Source: the human T2T-CHM13v2.0 reference genome, Homo sapiens. From it: a stretch of 64,000 nt of DNA. Shown one piece after another: positions 23,801 to 38,500 of the stretch. The notes below the pieces were generated by a model that ran no database searches, had not been told where the DNA came from, and was given only the letters and a program-made list of their open reading frames with translations. Made by a program: the position numbers and the translations under genes. The stretch's first letter is position 1. The number at the start of each line of letters is the position of its first letter. The stretch lies in the NCBI RefSeq assembly GCF_009914755.1, contig NC_060939.1. One strand, 5' to 3'.

Positions 23801-26800
23801 CATTTCAAGCCATTCCACTCCATTCCATTCCACTCGTTTCCTTTCCATTCGAGTCCATTCCTCTCCAGTCCATTCCGTTCAATCCATTCCATTCCAGTAT
23901 ATTCCATTCGAGTCCTTTCCATTCCAGTCCATTCCATTCGAGTCAATTCCATTCCATTCGATGTCTTTCCATAACGATCCATTCCATTCTATTCCTTTCG
24001 ATTCCATTCCATTCTATTTCATTCCATTCGATTCCCTTCCATTGGACTCCTTTCCATTCGAGTGCATTCCATTCCGTTCCATTTCTTTCCGTTCTGTACG
24101 ATTCCTACCGTTCGATTTCATTTTGTTCCAGTCCATTCCTTTCGCGTCCATTCCATTCCATTTCACTCCATTCGATTCCATTCCACTCGATTCCACTTCA
24201 TTCCATTTCATTGCATTCCATTCTATTCAACTCTATTGCCTTCCATTCCATTCCATTCGATTACATTCCATGCGATTCCATTCGAAATCGAATCAATTAC
24301 ATTGCAATCCATTACTATTGAGTCTGTTTTATTCCAGTCCACTGCATTCTGGTCCATTCCATTTGATTCCATTCCATTTTATTCCATTCCATACAGTTGC
24401 ATTCCATTGGATTCCATGCTATATCTATAAATTCAATTCGAGACCATTGCTTTTGAGTCCATTCTATATGATTCCATTCCATTCAAGTCCATTACATTTG
24501 GTTCAATTCCATTCCATTCCAGTTGATATCAATCCATTCGATTCCATTCCATTCGAGCACATTCCATTCGAGTCCATTCCATTCGATGCCATTCCATTTG
24601 ATTCTATTCCATTAGTCTCCATTCAATTCCATTAATCTCCATTCCATTCCATTCTACTCCAACTGATTCCATTCCATTCTATTCCTTTCCATTCCATTTC
24701 ATTCCATTCCATTCCATTTCATTCCATTCCATTCCATTCGTGTCCATTCCACTCCAGTCCATTCCATTCGTGTCCATTCCATTCCAGTCCATTCCATTTG
24801 TGTCCACTGCATTCCATTCCACTCCATTCCATATTATTCCATTACACTCCATTCCATTCTATTACTTTCATTTCCATTCAATTCCATTCCGTTTGATTCC
24901 ATTCCACTCGGTTTCATTCCATTTGAGTCCACTCCATTCCATTCCATTCCATTCCATTCCATTCAGTTCCATTCCATTCTGTTCCATACCATTCCGTTCC
25001 ATTACATTCCATTCCATTCGGTACCATTCCATATTGTTCCATTCGATTCCATTCGAATCCATTCCATTCCAGTCCATTCCATTCGATTCCATTCCATTCA
25101 TTTCAATTCCATTCCATTCCATTCCATTACATTCCACTTGATTCCTCTCCATTCCCTTCCACTGCATTCCGTTCGATTCCATTCCATTGCATTGCATTCC
25201 ATTGGATTGCATTCCATTTGATTCCATATCCATTCGAATCAATTACATAGCAATCCATTACATTCGAGTCTATTCTATTCCGTTCCATTCGATTTCGTTC
25301 CAATCCATTCGATTCCATTCCATTCGACTCCATTCCATACTATTGCATTCCATTCTATTACATTATATTCGAATAAGTTCCATTCAAGACCATTTCTTTT
25401 GAGTCCATTCTATTTGAGTCCATTCCCTTTGATTCCATAACATTTGAGTCCATTCAATTCCATTCCTTTCGTTCCCATTCCATTTGATGCCATTCCATTC
25501 AATTCTGTTCTACTCGACTCCAATACATTCAATTCCATTCCATCCGATTCCATTCCATTCTTTTCATTTCTTATCCATTTCAAGCCATTCCACTCCATTC
25601 CATTCCACTCGTTTCCTTTCCATTCGAGTCCATTCCTCTCCAGTCCATTCCGTTCAATCCATTCCATTCCAGTCCATTCCATTCGAGTCCGTTCCATTCC
25701 AGTCCACTCCATTCGAGTCAATTCTATCCCATTCGATGTCTTTCCATAACGATCCATTCCATTCTATTCCTTTCGATTCCATTCCATTCTATTTCATTCC
25801 ATTCGATTCCCTTCCATTGGACTCCTTTCCATTCGAGTGCATTCCATTCCGTTCCATTTCTTACCGTTCTGTACGATTCCTACCGTTCGATTTCATTTTG
25901 TTCCAGTCCATTCCTTTCGCGTCCATTCCATTCCATTTCACTCCATTCGATTCCATTCCACTCGATTCCACTTCGTTCCATTTCATTGCATTCCATTCTA
26001 TTCAACTCTATTGCCTTCCATTCCATTCCATTCGATTACATTCCATGCGATTCCATTCGAAATCGAATCAATTACATTGCAATCCATTACTATTGAGTCC
26101 ATTTTATTCCAGTCCACTGCATTCTGGTCCATTCCATTTGATTCCATTCCATTCTATTCCATTCCATACAGTTGCATTCCATTGGATTCCATTCTATATC
26201 TATAAATTCAATTCGAGACCATTGCTTTTGAATCCATTCTATATGATTCCATTCCATTCAAGTCCATTACATTTGGTTCAATTCCATTCCATTCCATTCC
26301 CTTCCATTCCATTCCAGTTGATATCAATCCATTCGATTCCATTCCATTCGAGCACATTCCATTTGAGTCCATTCCATTCGATGCCATTCCATTTGATTCT
26401 ATTCCATTAGTCTCCATTCAATTCCATTAATCTCCATTCCATTCCATTCTACTCCAACTGATTCCATTCCATTCTATTCCTTTCCATTCCATTTCATTCC
26501 ATTCCATTCCATTTCATTCCATTCCATTCCATTCGCTTCCATTCCATTCGTGTCCATTCCACTCCAGTCCATTCCATTCGTGTCCATTCCATTCCAGTCC
26601 ATTCCATTTGTGTCCACTGCATTCCATTCCACTCCATTCCATATTATTCCATTACACTCCATTCCATTCTATTACTTTCATTTCCATTCAATTCCATTCC
26701 ATTTGATTCCATTCCACTCGGTTTCATTCCATTTGAGTCCACTCCATTCCATTCCATTCCATTCCATTCAGTTCCATTCCATTCCGTTCCATTGCATTCC

Positions 26801-29800
26801 ATTCCATTCGGTACCATTCCATATTGTTCCATTCGATTCCATTCGAATCCATTCCATTCCAGTCCATTCCATTCGATTCCATTCCATTCCTTTCAATTCC
26901 ATTCCATTCCATTCCATTCCACTTCATTCCACTCCATTCCCTTCCACTGCATTCCATTCGATTCCATTCCATTGCATTGCATTCCATTCCATTGGACTGC
27001 ATTCCATTCGATTCCATTCCATTCGAATCAATTACATAGCAATCCATTACATTCGAGTCTATTCTATTCCGTTCCATTCGATTTCGTTCCAATCCATTCG
27101 ATTCCATTCCATTCGATTCCATTCCATACTATTGCATTCCATTCTATTACATTATATTCGAATAAGTTCCATTCAAGACCATTTCTTTTGAGTCCATTCT
27201 ATTTGAGTCCATTCCCTTTGATTCCATAACATTTGAGTCCATTCAATTCCATTCCTTTCGTTTGCATTCCATTTGATGCCATTCCATTCAATTCTGTTCT
27301 ACTCGACTCCAATACATTCAATTCCATTCCATCCGATTCCATTACATTCTTTTCATTTCTTATCCATTTCAAGCCATTCCACTCCATTCCATTCCACTCG
27401 TTTCCTTTCCATTCGAGTCCATTCCTCTCCAGTCCATTCCGTTCAATCCATTCCATTCCAGTATATTCCATTCGAGTCCTTTCCATTCCAGTCCATTCCA
27501 TTCGAGTCAATTCCATTCCATTCGATGTCTTTCCATAACGATCCATTCCATTCTATTCCTTTCGATTCCATTCCATTCTATTTCATTCCATTCGATTCCC
27601 TTCCATTGGACTCCTTTCCATTCGAGTGCATTCCATTCCGTTCCATTTCTTTCCGTTCTGTACGATTCCTACCGTTCGATTTCATTTTGTTCCAGTCCAT
27701 TCCTTTCGCGTCCATTCCATTCCATTTCACTCCATTCGATTCCATTCCACTCGATTCCACTTCGTTCCATTTCATTGCATTCCATTCTATTCAACTCTAT
27801 TGCCTTCCATTCCATTCCATTCGATTACATTCCATGCGATTCCATTCGAAATCGAATCAATTACATTGCAATCCATTACTATTGAGTCTGTTTTATTCCA
27901 CTCCACTGCATTCTGGTCCATTCCATTTGATTCCATTCCATTTTATTCCATTCCATACAGTTGCATTCCATTGGATTCCATGCTATATCTATAAATTCAA
28001 TTCGAGACCATTGCTTTTGAGTCCATTCTATATGATTCCATTCCATTCAAGTCCATTACATTTGGTTCAATTCCATTCCATTCCAGTTGATATCAATCCA
28101 TTCGATTCCATTCCATTCGAGCACATTCCATTCGAGTCCATTCCATTCGATGCCATTCCATTTGATTCTATTCCATTAGTCTCCATTCAATTCCATTAAT
28201 CTCCATTCCATTCCATTCTACTCCAACTGATTCCATTCCATTCTATTCCTTTCCATTCCATTTCATTCCATTCCATTCCATTTCATTCCATTCCATTCCA
28301 TTCGTGTCCATTCCACTCCAGTCCATTCCATTCGTGTCCATTCCATTCCAGTCCATTCCATTTGTGTCCACTGCATTCCATTCCACTCCATTCCATATTA
28401 TTCCATTACACTCCATTCCATTCTATTACTTTCATTTCCATTCAATTCCATTCCGTTTGATTCCATTCCACTCGGTTTCATTCCATTTGAGTCCACTCCA
28501 TTCCATTCCATTCCATTCCATTCCATTCAGTTCCATTCCATTCTGTTCCATACCATTCCGTTCCATTACATTCCATTCCATTCGGTACCATTCCATATTG
28601 TTCCATTCGATTCCATTCGAATCCATTCCATTCCAGTCCATTCCATTCGATTCCATTCCATTCATTTCAATTCCATTCCATTCCATTCCATTACATTCCA
28701 CTTGATTCCTCTCCATTCCCTTCCACTGCATTCCGTTCGATTCCATTCCATTGCATTGCATTCCATTGGATTGCATTCCATTTGATTCCATATCCATTCG
28801 AATCAATTACATAGCAATCCATTACATTCGAGTCTATTCTATTCCGTTCCATTCGATTTCGTTCCAATCCATTCGATTCCATTCCATTCGACTCCATTCC
28901 ATACTATTGCATTCCATTCTATTACATTATATTCGAATAAGTTCCATTCAAGACCATTTCTTTTGAGTCCATTCTATTTGAGTCCATTCCCTTTGATTCC
29001 ATAACATTTGAGTCCATTCAATTCCATTCCTTTCGTTCCCATTCCATTTGATGCCATTCCATTCAATTCTGTTCTACTCGACTCCAATACATTCAATTCC
29101 ATTCCATCCGATTCCATTCCATTCTTTTCATTTCTTATCCATTTCAAGCCATTCCACTCCATTCCATTCCACTCGTTTCCTTTCCATTCGAGTCCATTCC
29201 TCTCCAGTCCATTCCGTTCAATCCATTCCATTCCAGTCCATTCCATTCGAGTCCGTTCCATTCCAGTCCACTCCATTCGAGTCAATTCTATCCCATTCGA
29301 TGTCTTTCCATAACGATCCATTCCATTCTATTCTTTTCGATTCCATTCCATTCTATTTCATTCCATTCGATTCCCTTCCATTGGACTCCTTTCCATTCGA
29401 GTGCATTCCATTCCGTTCCATTTCTTACCGTTCTGTACGATTCCTACCGTTCGATTTCATTTTGTTCCAGTCCATTCCTTTCGCGTCCATTCCATTCCAT
29501 TTCACTCCATTCGATTCCATTCCACTCGATTCCACTTCGTTCCATTTCATTGCATTCCATTCTATTCAACTCTATTGCCTTCCATTCCATTCCATTCGAT
29601 TACATTCCATGCGATTCCATTCGAAATCGAATCAATTACATTGCAATCCATTACTATTGAGTCCATTTTATTCCAGTCCACTGCATTCTGGTCCATTCCA
29701 TTTGATTCCATTCCATTCTATTCCATTCCATACAGTTGCATTCCATTGGATTCCATTCTATATCTATAAATTCAATTCGAGACCATTGATTTTGAATCCA

Positions 29801-31640
29801 TTCTATATGATTCCATTCCATTCAAGTCCATTACATTTGGTTCAATTCCATTCCATTCCATTCCCTTCCATTCCATTCCAGTTGATATCAATCCATTCGA
29901 TTCCATTCCATTCGTGCACATTCCATTTGAGTCCATTCCATTCGATGCCATTCCATTTGATTCTATTCCATTAGTCTCCATTCAATTCCATTAATCTCCA
30001 TTCCATTCCATTCTACTCCAACTGATTCCATTCCATTCTATTCCTTTCCATTCCATTTCATTCCATTCCATTCCATTTCATTCCATTCCATTCCATTCGC
30101 TTCCATTCCATTCGTGTCCATTCCACTCCAGTCCATTCCATTCGTGTCCATTCCATTCCAGTCCATTCCATTTGTGTCCACTGCATTCCATTCCACTCCA
30201 TTCCATATTATTCCATTACACTCCATTCCATTCTATTACTTTCATTTCCATTCAATTCCATTCCATTTGATTCCATTCCACTCGGTTTCATTCCATTTGA
30301 GTCCACTCCATTCCATTCCATTCCATTCCATTCAGTTCCATTCCATTCCGTTCCATTGCATTCCATTCCATTCGGTACCATTCCATATTGTTCCATTCGA
30401 TTCCATTCGAATCCATTCCATTCCAGTCCATTCCATTCGATTCCATTCCATTCCTTTCAATTCCATTCCATTCCATTCCATTCCACTTGATTCCACTCCA
30501 TTCCCTTCCACTGCATTCCATTCGATTCCATTCCATTGCATTGCATTCCATTCCATTGGACTGCATTCCATTCGATTCCATTCCATTCGAATCAATTACA
30601 TAGCAATCCATTACATTCGAGTCTATTCTATTCCGTTCCATTCGATTTCGTTCCAATCCATTCGATTCCATTCCATTCGATTCCATTCCATACTATTGCA
30701 TTCCATTCTATTACATTATATTCGAATAAGTTCCATTCAAGACCATTTCTTTTGAGTCCATTCTATTTGAGTCCATTCCCTTTGATTCCATAACATTTGA
30801 GTCCATTCAATTCCATTCCTTTCGTTTGCATTCCATTTGATGCCATTCCATTCAATTCTGTTCTACTCGACTCCAATACATTCAATTCCATTCCATCCGA
30901 TTCCATTACATTCTTTTCATTTCTTATCCATTTCAAGCCATTCCACTCCATTCCATTCCACTCGTTTCCTTTCCATTCGAGTCCATTCCTCTCCAGTCCA
31001 TTCCGTTCAATCCATTCCATTCCAGTATATTCCATTCGAGTCCTTTCCATTCCAGTCCATTCCATTCGAGTCAATTCCATTCCATTCGATGTCTTTCCAT
31101 AACGATCCATTCCATTCTATTCCTTTCGATTCCATTCCATTCTATTTCATTCCATTCGATTCCCTTCCATTGGACTCCTTTCCATTCGAGTGCATTCCAT
31201 TCCGTTCCATTTCTTTCCGTTCTGTACGATTCCTACCGTTCGATTTCATTTTGTTCCAGTCCATTCCTTTCGCGTCCATTCCATTCCATTTCACTCCATT
31301 CGATTCCATTCCACTCGATTCCACTTCGTTCCATTTCATTGCATTCCATTCTATTCAACTCTATTGCCTTCCATTCCATTCCATTCGATTACATTCCATG
31401 CGATTCCATTCGAAATCGAATCAATTACATTGCAATCCATTACTATTGAGTCTGTTTTATTCCAGTCCACTGCATTCTGGTCCATTCCATTTGATTCCAT
31501 TCCATTTTATTCCATTCCATACAGTTGCATTCCATTGGATTCCATGCTATATCTATAAATTCAATTCGAGACCATTGCTTTTGAGTCCATTCTATATGAT
31601 TCCATTCCATTCAAGTCCATTACATTTGGTTCAATTCCAT
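20820..31640 (+). repeat. Three copies of a 3564 bp dimer (1775 + 1789 bp)
   Basis: Markers recur every 3564 bp: the +1 insertion CCATATCC (~21661, ~25225, ~28789), GTTCCATACC, CAATTCTATCCC, CAGTATATT, GAGTCCTTTCC, GAGTCTGTTTT, and a 20-bp deletion before GTTGATATC. Boundaries are approximate. Confidence 0.92.
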
Positions 31641-32590
31641 TCCATTCCATTCCCTTCCATTCCATTCCAGTTGATATCAATCCATTCGATTCCATTCCAT
31701 TCGAGCACATTCCATTCGAGTCCATTCCATTCGATGCCATTCCATTTGATTCTATTCCATTAGTCTCCATTCAATTCCATTAATCTCCATTCCATTCCAT
31801 TCTACTCCAACTGATTCCATTCCATTCTATTCCTTTCCATTCCATTTCATTCCATTCCATTCCATTTCATTCCATTCCATTCCATTCGTGTCCATTCCAC
31901 TCCAGTCCATTCCATTCGTGTCCATTCCATTCCAGTCCATTCCATTTGTGTCCACTGCATTCCATTCCACTCCATTCCATATTATTCCATTACACTCCAT
32001 TCCATTCTATTACTTTCATTTCCATTCAATTCCATTCCATTTGATTCCATTCCACTCGGTTTCATTCCATTTGAGTCCAATCCATTCCATTCCATTCCAT
32101 TCCATTCAGTTCCATTCCATTCTTTTCCATTCCATTCCGTTCCATTACATTCCATTCCATTCGGTACCATTCCATATTGTTCCATTCGATTCCATTCGAA
32201 TCCATTCCATTCCAGTCCATTCCATTCGATTCCATTCCATTCATTTCAATTCCATTCCATTCCATTCCATTACATTCCACTTGATTCCTCTCCATTCCCT
32301 TCCACTGCATTCCGTTCGATTCCATTCCATTGCATTGCATTCCATTCCATTGGATTGCATTCCATTCGATTCCATTCCATTCGAATCAATTACATAGCAA
32401 TCCATTACATTCGAGTCTATTCTATTCCGTTCCATTCGATTTCGTTCCAATCCATTCGATTCCATTCCATTCGATTCCATTCCATACTATTGCATTCCAT
32501 TCGATTACATTATATTCGAATAAGTTCCATTCAAGACCATTTCTTTTGAGTCCATTCTATTTGAGTCCATTCCCTTTGATTCCATAACAT

Positions 32591-35500
32591 TTGAGTCCAT
32601 TCAATTCCATTCCTTTCGTTTCCATTCCATTTGATGCCATTCCATTCAATTCTGTTCTACTCGACTCCAATACATTCAATTCCATTCCATCCGATTCCAT
32701 TACATTCTTTTCATTTCTTATCCATTTCAAGCCATTCCACTCCATTCCATTCCACTCGTTTCCTTTCCATTCGAGTCCATTCCTCTCCAGTCCATTCCGT
32801 TCAATCCATTCCATTCCAGTCCATTCCATTCGAGTCCGTTCCATTCCAGTCCATTCCATTCGAGTCAATTCCATTCCATTCGATGTCTTTCCATAACGAT
32901 CCATTCCATTCTATTCCTTTCGATTCCATTCCATTCTATTTCATTCCATTCGATTCCCTTCCATTGGACTCCTTTCCATTCGAGTGCATTCCATTCCGTT
33001 CCATTTCTTTCCGTTCTGTACGATTCCTACCGTTCGATTTCATTTTGTTCCAGTCCATTCCTTTCGCGTCCATTCCATTCCATTTCACTCCATTCGATTC
33101 CATTCCACTCGATTCCACTTCGTTCCATTTCATTGCATTCCATTCTATTCAACTCTATTGCCTTCCATTCCATTCCATTCGATTACATTCCATGCGATTC
33201 CATTCGAAATCGAATCAATTACATTGCAATCCATTACTATTGAGTCCGTTTTATTCCAGTCCACTGCATTCTGGTCCATTCCATTTGATTCCATTCCATT
33301 CTATTCCATTCCATACAGTTGCATTCCTTTGGATTCCATGCTATATATATAAATTAAATTCGAGACCATTGCTTTTGAGTCCATTCTATATGATTCCATT
33401 CCATTCAAGTCCATTACATTTGGTTCAATTCCATTCCATTCCAGTTGATATCAATCCATTCGATTCCATTCCATTCGAGCACATTCCATTCGAGTCCATT
33501 CCATTCGATGCCATTCCATTTGATTCTATTCCATTAGTCTCCATTCAATTCCATTAATCTCCATTCCATTCCATTCTACTCTAACTGATTCCATTCCATT
33601 CTATTCCTTTCCATTCCATTTCATTCCATTCCATTCCATTTCATTCCATTCCATTCCATTCGTGTCCATTCCTCTCCAGTCCATTCCATTCGTGTCCATT
33701 CCATTCCAGTCCATTCCATTTGTGTCCACTGCATTCCATTCCACTCCATTCCATATTATTCCATTACACTCCATTCCATTCTATTACTTTCATTTCCATT
33801 CAATTCCATTCCATTTGATTCCATTCCACTCGGTTTCATTCCATTTGAGTCCACTCCATTCCATTCCATTCCATTCCATTCTGTTCCATTCCATTCCGTT
33901 CCATTACATTCCATTCCATTCGGTACCATTCCATAGTGTTCCATTCGATTCCATTCGAATCCATTCCATTCCAGTCCATTCCATTCGATTCCATTCCATT
34001 CATTTCAATTCCATTCCATTCCATTACATTACATTCCACTTGATTCCTCTCCATTCCCTTCCACTGCATTCCGTTCGATTCCATTCCATTGCATTGCATT
34101 CCATTCCATTGGATTGCATTCCATTCGATTCCATTCCATTCGAATCAATTACATAGCAATCCATTACATTCGAGTCTATTCTATTCCGTTCCATTCGATT
34201 TCGTTCCAATCCATTCGATTCCATTCCATTCGATTCCATTCCATACTATTGCATTCCATTCGATTACATTATATTCGAATAAGTTCCATTCAAGACCATT
34301 TCTTTTGAGTCCATTCTATTTGAGTCCATTCCCTTTGATTCCATAACATTTGAGTCCATTCAATTCCATTCCTTTCGTTTCCATTCCATTTGATGCCATT
34401 CCATTCAATTCTGTTCTACTCGACTCCAATACATTCAATTCCATTCCATCCGATTCCATTACATTCTTTTCATTTCTTATCCATTTCAAGCCATTCCACT
34501 CCATTCCATTCCACTCGTTTCCTTTCCATTCGAGTCCATTCCTCTCCAGTCCATTCCGTTCAATCCATTCCATTCCAGTCCATTCCATTCGAGTCCGTTC
34601 CATTCCAGTCCATTCCATTCGAGTCAATTCCATTCCATTCGATGTCTTTCCATAACGATCCATTCCATTCTATTCCTTTCGATTCCATTCCATTCTATTT
34701 CATTCCATTCGATTCCCTTCCATTGGAATCCTTTCCATTCGAGTGCATTCCATTCCGTTCCATTTCTTACCGTTCTGTACGATTCCTACCGTTCGATTTC
34801 ATTTTGTTCCAGTCCATTATTTTCGCGTCCATTCCATTCCATTTCACTCCATTCGATTCCATTCCACTCGATTCCACTTCGTTCCATTTCATTGCATTCC
34901 ATTCTATTCAACTCTATTGCCTTCCATTCCATTCCATTCGATTACATTCCATGCGATTCCATTCGAAATCGAATCAATTACATTGCAATCCATTACTATT
35001 GAGTCCATTTTATTCCAGTCCACTGCATTCTGGTCCATTCCATTTGATTCCATTACATTCTATTCCATTCCATACAGTTGCATTCCATTGGATTCCATTC
35101 TATATCTATAAATTCAATTCGAGACCATTGCTTTTGAATCCATTCTATATGATTCCATTCCATTCAAGTCCATTACATTTGGTTCAATTCCATTCCATTC
35201 CATTCCCTTCCATTCCATTCCAGTTGATATCAATCCATTCGATTCCATTCCATTCGAGCACATTCCATTTGAGTCCATTCCATTCGATGCCATTCCATTT
35301 GATTCTATTCCATTAGTCTCCATTCAATTCCATTAATCTCCATTCCATTCCATTCTACTCCAACTGATTCCATTCCATTCTATTCCTTTCCATTCCATTT
35401 CATTCCATTCCATTCCATTTCATTCCATTCCATTCCATTCGCTTCCATTCCATTCGTGTCCATTCCACTCCAGTCCATTCCATTCGTGTCCATTCCATTC

Positions 35501-38500
35501 CAGTCCATTCCATTTGTGTCCACTGCATTCCATTCCACTCCATTCCATATTATTCCATTACACTCCATTCCATTCTATTACTTTCATTTCCATTCAATTC
35601 CATTCCATTTGATTCCATTCCACTCGGTTTCATTCCATTTGAGTCCACTCCATTCCATTCCATTCCATTCCATTCAGTTCCATTCCATTCCGTTCCATTG
35701 CATTCCATTCCATTCGGTACCATTCCATATTGTTCCATTCGATTCCATTCGAATCCATTACATTCCAATCCATTCCATTCGATTCCATTCCATTCCTTTC
35801 AATTCCATTCCATTCCATTCCATTCCACTTGATTCCACTCCATTCCCTTCCACTGCATTCCATTCGATTCCATTCCATTGCATTGCATTCCATTCCATTG
35901 GACTGCATTCCATTCGATTCCATTCCATTCGAATCAATTACATAGCAATCCATTACATTCGAGTCTATTCTATTCCGTTCCATTCGATTTCGTTCCAATC
36001 CATTCGATTCCATTCCATTCGATTCCATTCCATACTATTGCCTTCCATTCTATTACATTATATTCGAATAAGTTCCATTCAAGACCATTTCTTTTGAGTC
36101 CATTCTATTTGAGTCCATTCCCTTTGATTCCATAACATTTGAGTCCATTCAATTCCATTCCTTTCGTTTGCATTCCATTTGATGCCATTCCATTCAATTC
36201 TGTTCTACTCGACTCCAATACATTCAATTCCATTCCATCCGATTCCATTACATTCTTTTCATTTCTTATCCATTTCAAGCCATTCCACTCCATTCCATTC
36301 CACTCGTTTCCTTTCCATTCGAGTCCATTCCTCTCCAGTCCATTCCGTTCAATCCATTCCATTCCAGTCCATTCCATTCGAGTCCGTTCCATTCCAGTCC
36401 ATTCCATTCGAGTCAATTCCATTCCATTCGATGTCTTTCCATAACGATCCATTCCATTCTATTCCTTTCGATTCCATTCCATTCTATTTCATTCCATTCG
36501 ATTCCCTTCCATTGGACTCCTTTCCATTCGAGTGCATTCCATTCCGTTCCATTTCTTTCCGTTCTGTACGATTCCTACCGTTCGATTTCATTTTGTTCCA
36601 GTCCATTCCTTTCGCGTCCATTCCATTCCATTTCACTCCATTCGATTCCATTCCACTCGATTCCACTTCGTTCCATTTCATTGCATTCCATTCTATTCAA
36701 CTCTATTGCCTTCCATTCCATTCCATTCGATTACATTCCATGCGATTCCATTCGAAATCGAATCAATTACATTGCAATCCATTACTATTGAGTCCGTTTT
36801 ATTCCAGTCCACTGCATTCTGGTCCATTCCATTTGATTCCATTCCATTCTATTCCATTCCATACAGTTGCATTCCTTTGGATTCCATGCTATATATATAA
36901 ATTAAATTCGAGACCATTGCTTTTGAGTCCATTCTATATGATTCCATTCCATTCAAGTCCATTACCTTTGGTTCAATTCCATTCCATTCCAGTTGATATC
37001 AATCCATTCGATTCCATTCCATTCGAGCACATTCCATTCGAGTCCATTCCATTCGATGCCATTCCATTTGATTCTATTCCATTAGTCTCCATTCAATTCC
37101 ATTAATCTCCATTCCATTCCATTCTACTCTAACTGATTCCATTCCATTCTATTCCTTTCCATTCCATTTCATTCCATTCCATTCCATTTCATTCCATTCC
37201 ATTCCATTCGTGTCCATTCCTCTCCAGTCCATTCCATTCGTGTCCATTCCATTCCAGTCCATTCCATTTGTGTCCACTGCATTCCATTCCACTCCATTCC
37301 ATATTATTCCATTACACTCCATTCCATTCTATTACTTTCATTTCCATTCAATTCCATTCCATTTGATTCCATTCCACTCGGTTTCATTCCATTTGAGTCC
37401 ACTCCATTCCATTCCATTCCATTCCATTCTGTTCCATTCCATTCCGTTCCATTACATTCCATTCCATTCGGTACCATTCCATAGTGTTCCATTCGATTCC
37501 ATTCGAATCCATTCCATTCCAGTCCATTCCATTCGATTCCATTCCATTCATTTCAATTCCATTCCATTCCATTCCATTACATTCCACTTGATTCCTCTCC
37601 ATTCCCTTCCACTGCATTCCGTTCGATTCCATTCCATTGCATTGCATTCCATTCCATCGGATTGCATTCCATTCGATTCCATTCCATTCGAATCAATTAC
37701 ATAGCAATCCATTACATTCGAGTCTATTCTCTTCCGTTCCATTCGATTTCGTTCCAATCCATTCGATTCCATTCCATTCGATTCCATTCCATACTATTGC
37801 ATTCCATTCGATTACATTATATTCGAATAAGTTACATTCAAGACCATTTCTTTTGAGTCCATTCTATTTGAGTCCATTCCCTTTGATTCCATAACATTTG
37901 AGTCCATTCAATTCCATTCCTTTCGTTTCCATTCCATTTGATGCCATTCCATTCAATTCTGTTCTACTCGACTCCAATACATTCAATTCCATTCCATCCG
38001 ATTCCATTACATTCTTTTCATTTCTTATCCATTTCAAGCCATTCCACTCCATTCCATTCCACTCGTTTCCTTTCCATTCGAGTCCATTCCTCTCCAGTCC
38101 ATTCCGTTCAATCCATTCCATTCCAGTCCATTCCATTCAAGTCCGATCCATTCCAGTCCATTCCATTCGAGTCAATTCCATTCCATTCGATGTCTTTCCA
38201 TAACGATCCATTCCATTCTATTCCTTTCGATTCCATTCCATTCTATTTCATTCCATTCGATTCCCTTCCATTGGACTCCTTTCCATTCGAGTGCATTCCA
38301 TTCCTTTCCATTTCTTTCCGTTCTGTACGATTCCTACCGTTCGATTTCATTTTGTTCCAGTCCATTCCTTTCGCGTCCATTCCATTCCATTTCACTCCAT
38401 TCGATTCCATTCCACTCGATTCCACTTCGTTCCATTTCATTGCATTCCATTCTATTCAACTCTATTGCCTTCCATTCCATTCCATTCGATTACATTCCAT

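Noticed and set aside
20820-31640. The 3564 bp period matches the commonly quoted length of the Y-chromosome DYZ1 unit
   Set aside because: Here the two halves are highly similar 1.8 kb monomers and the dimer is only local. The EcoRI/HaeIII sites that define DYZ1 units were not seen, so the match is most likely a consequence of 2 x ~1.78 kb. Alignment to DYZ1 would settle it.
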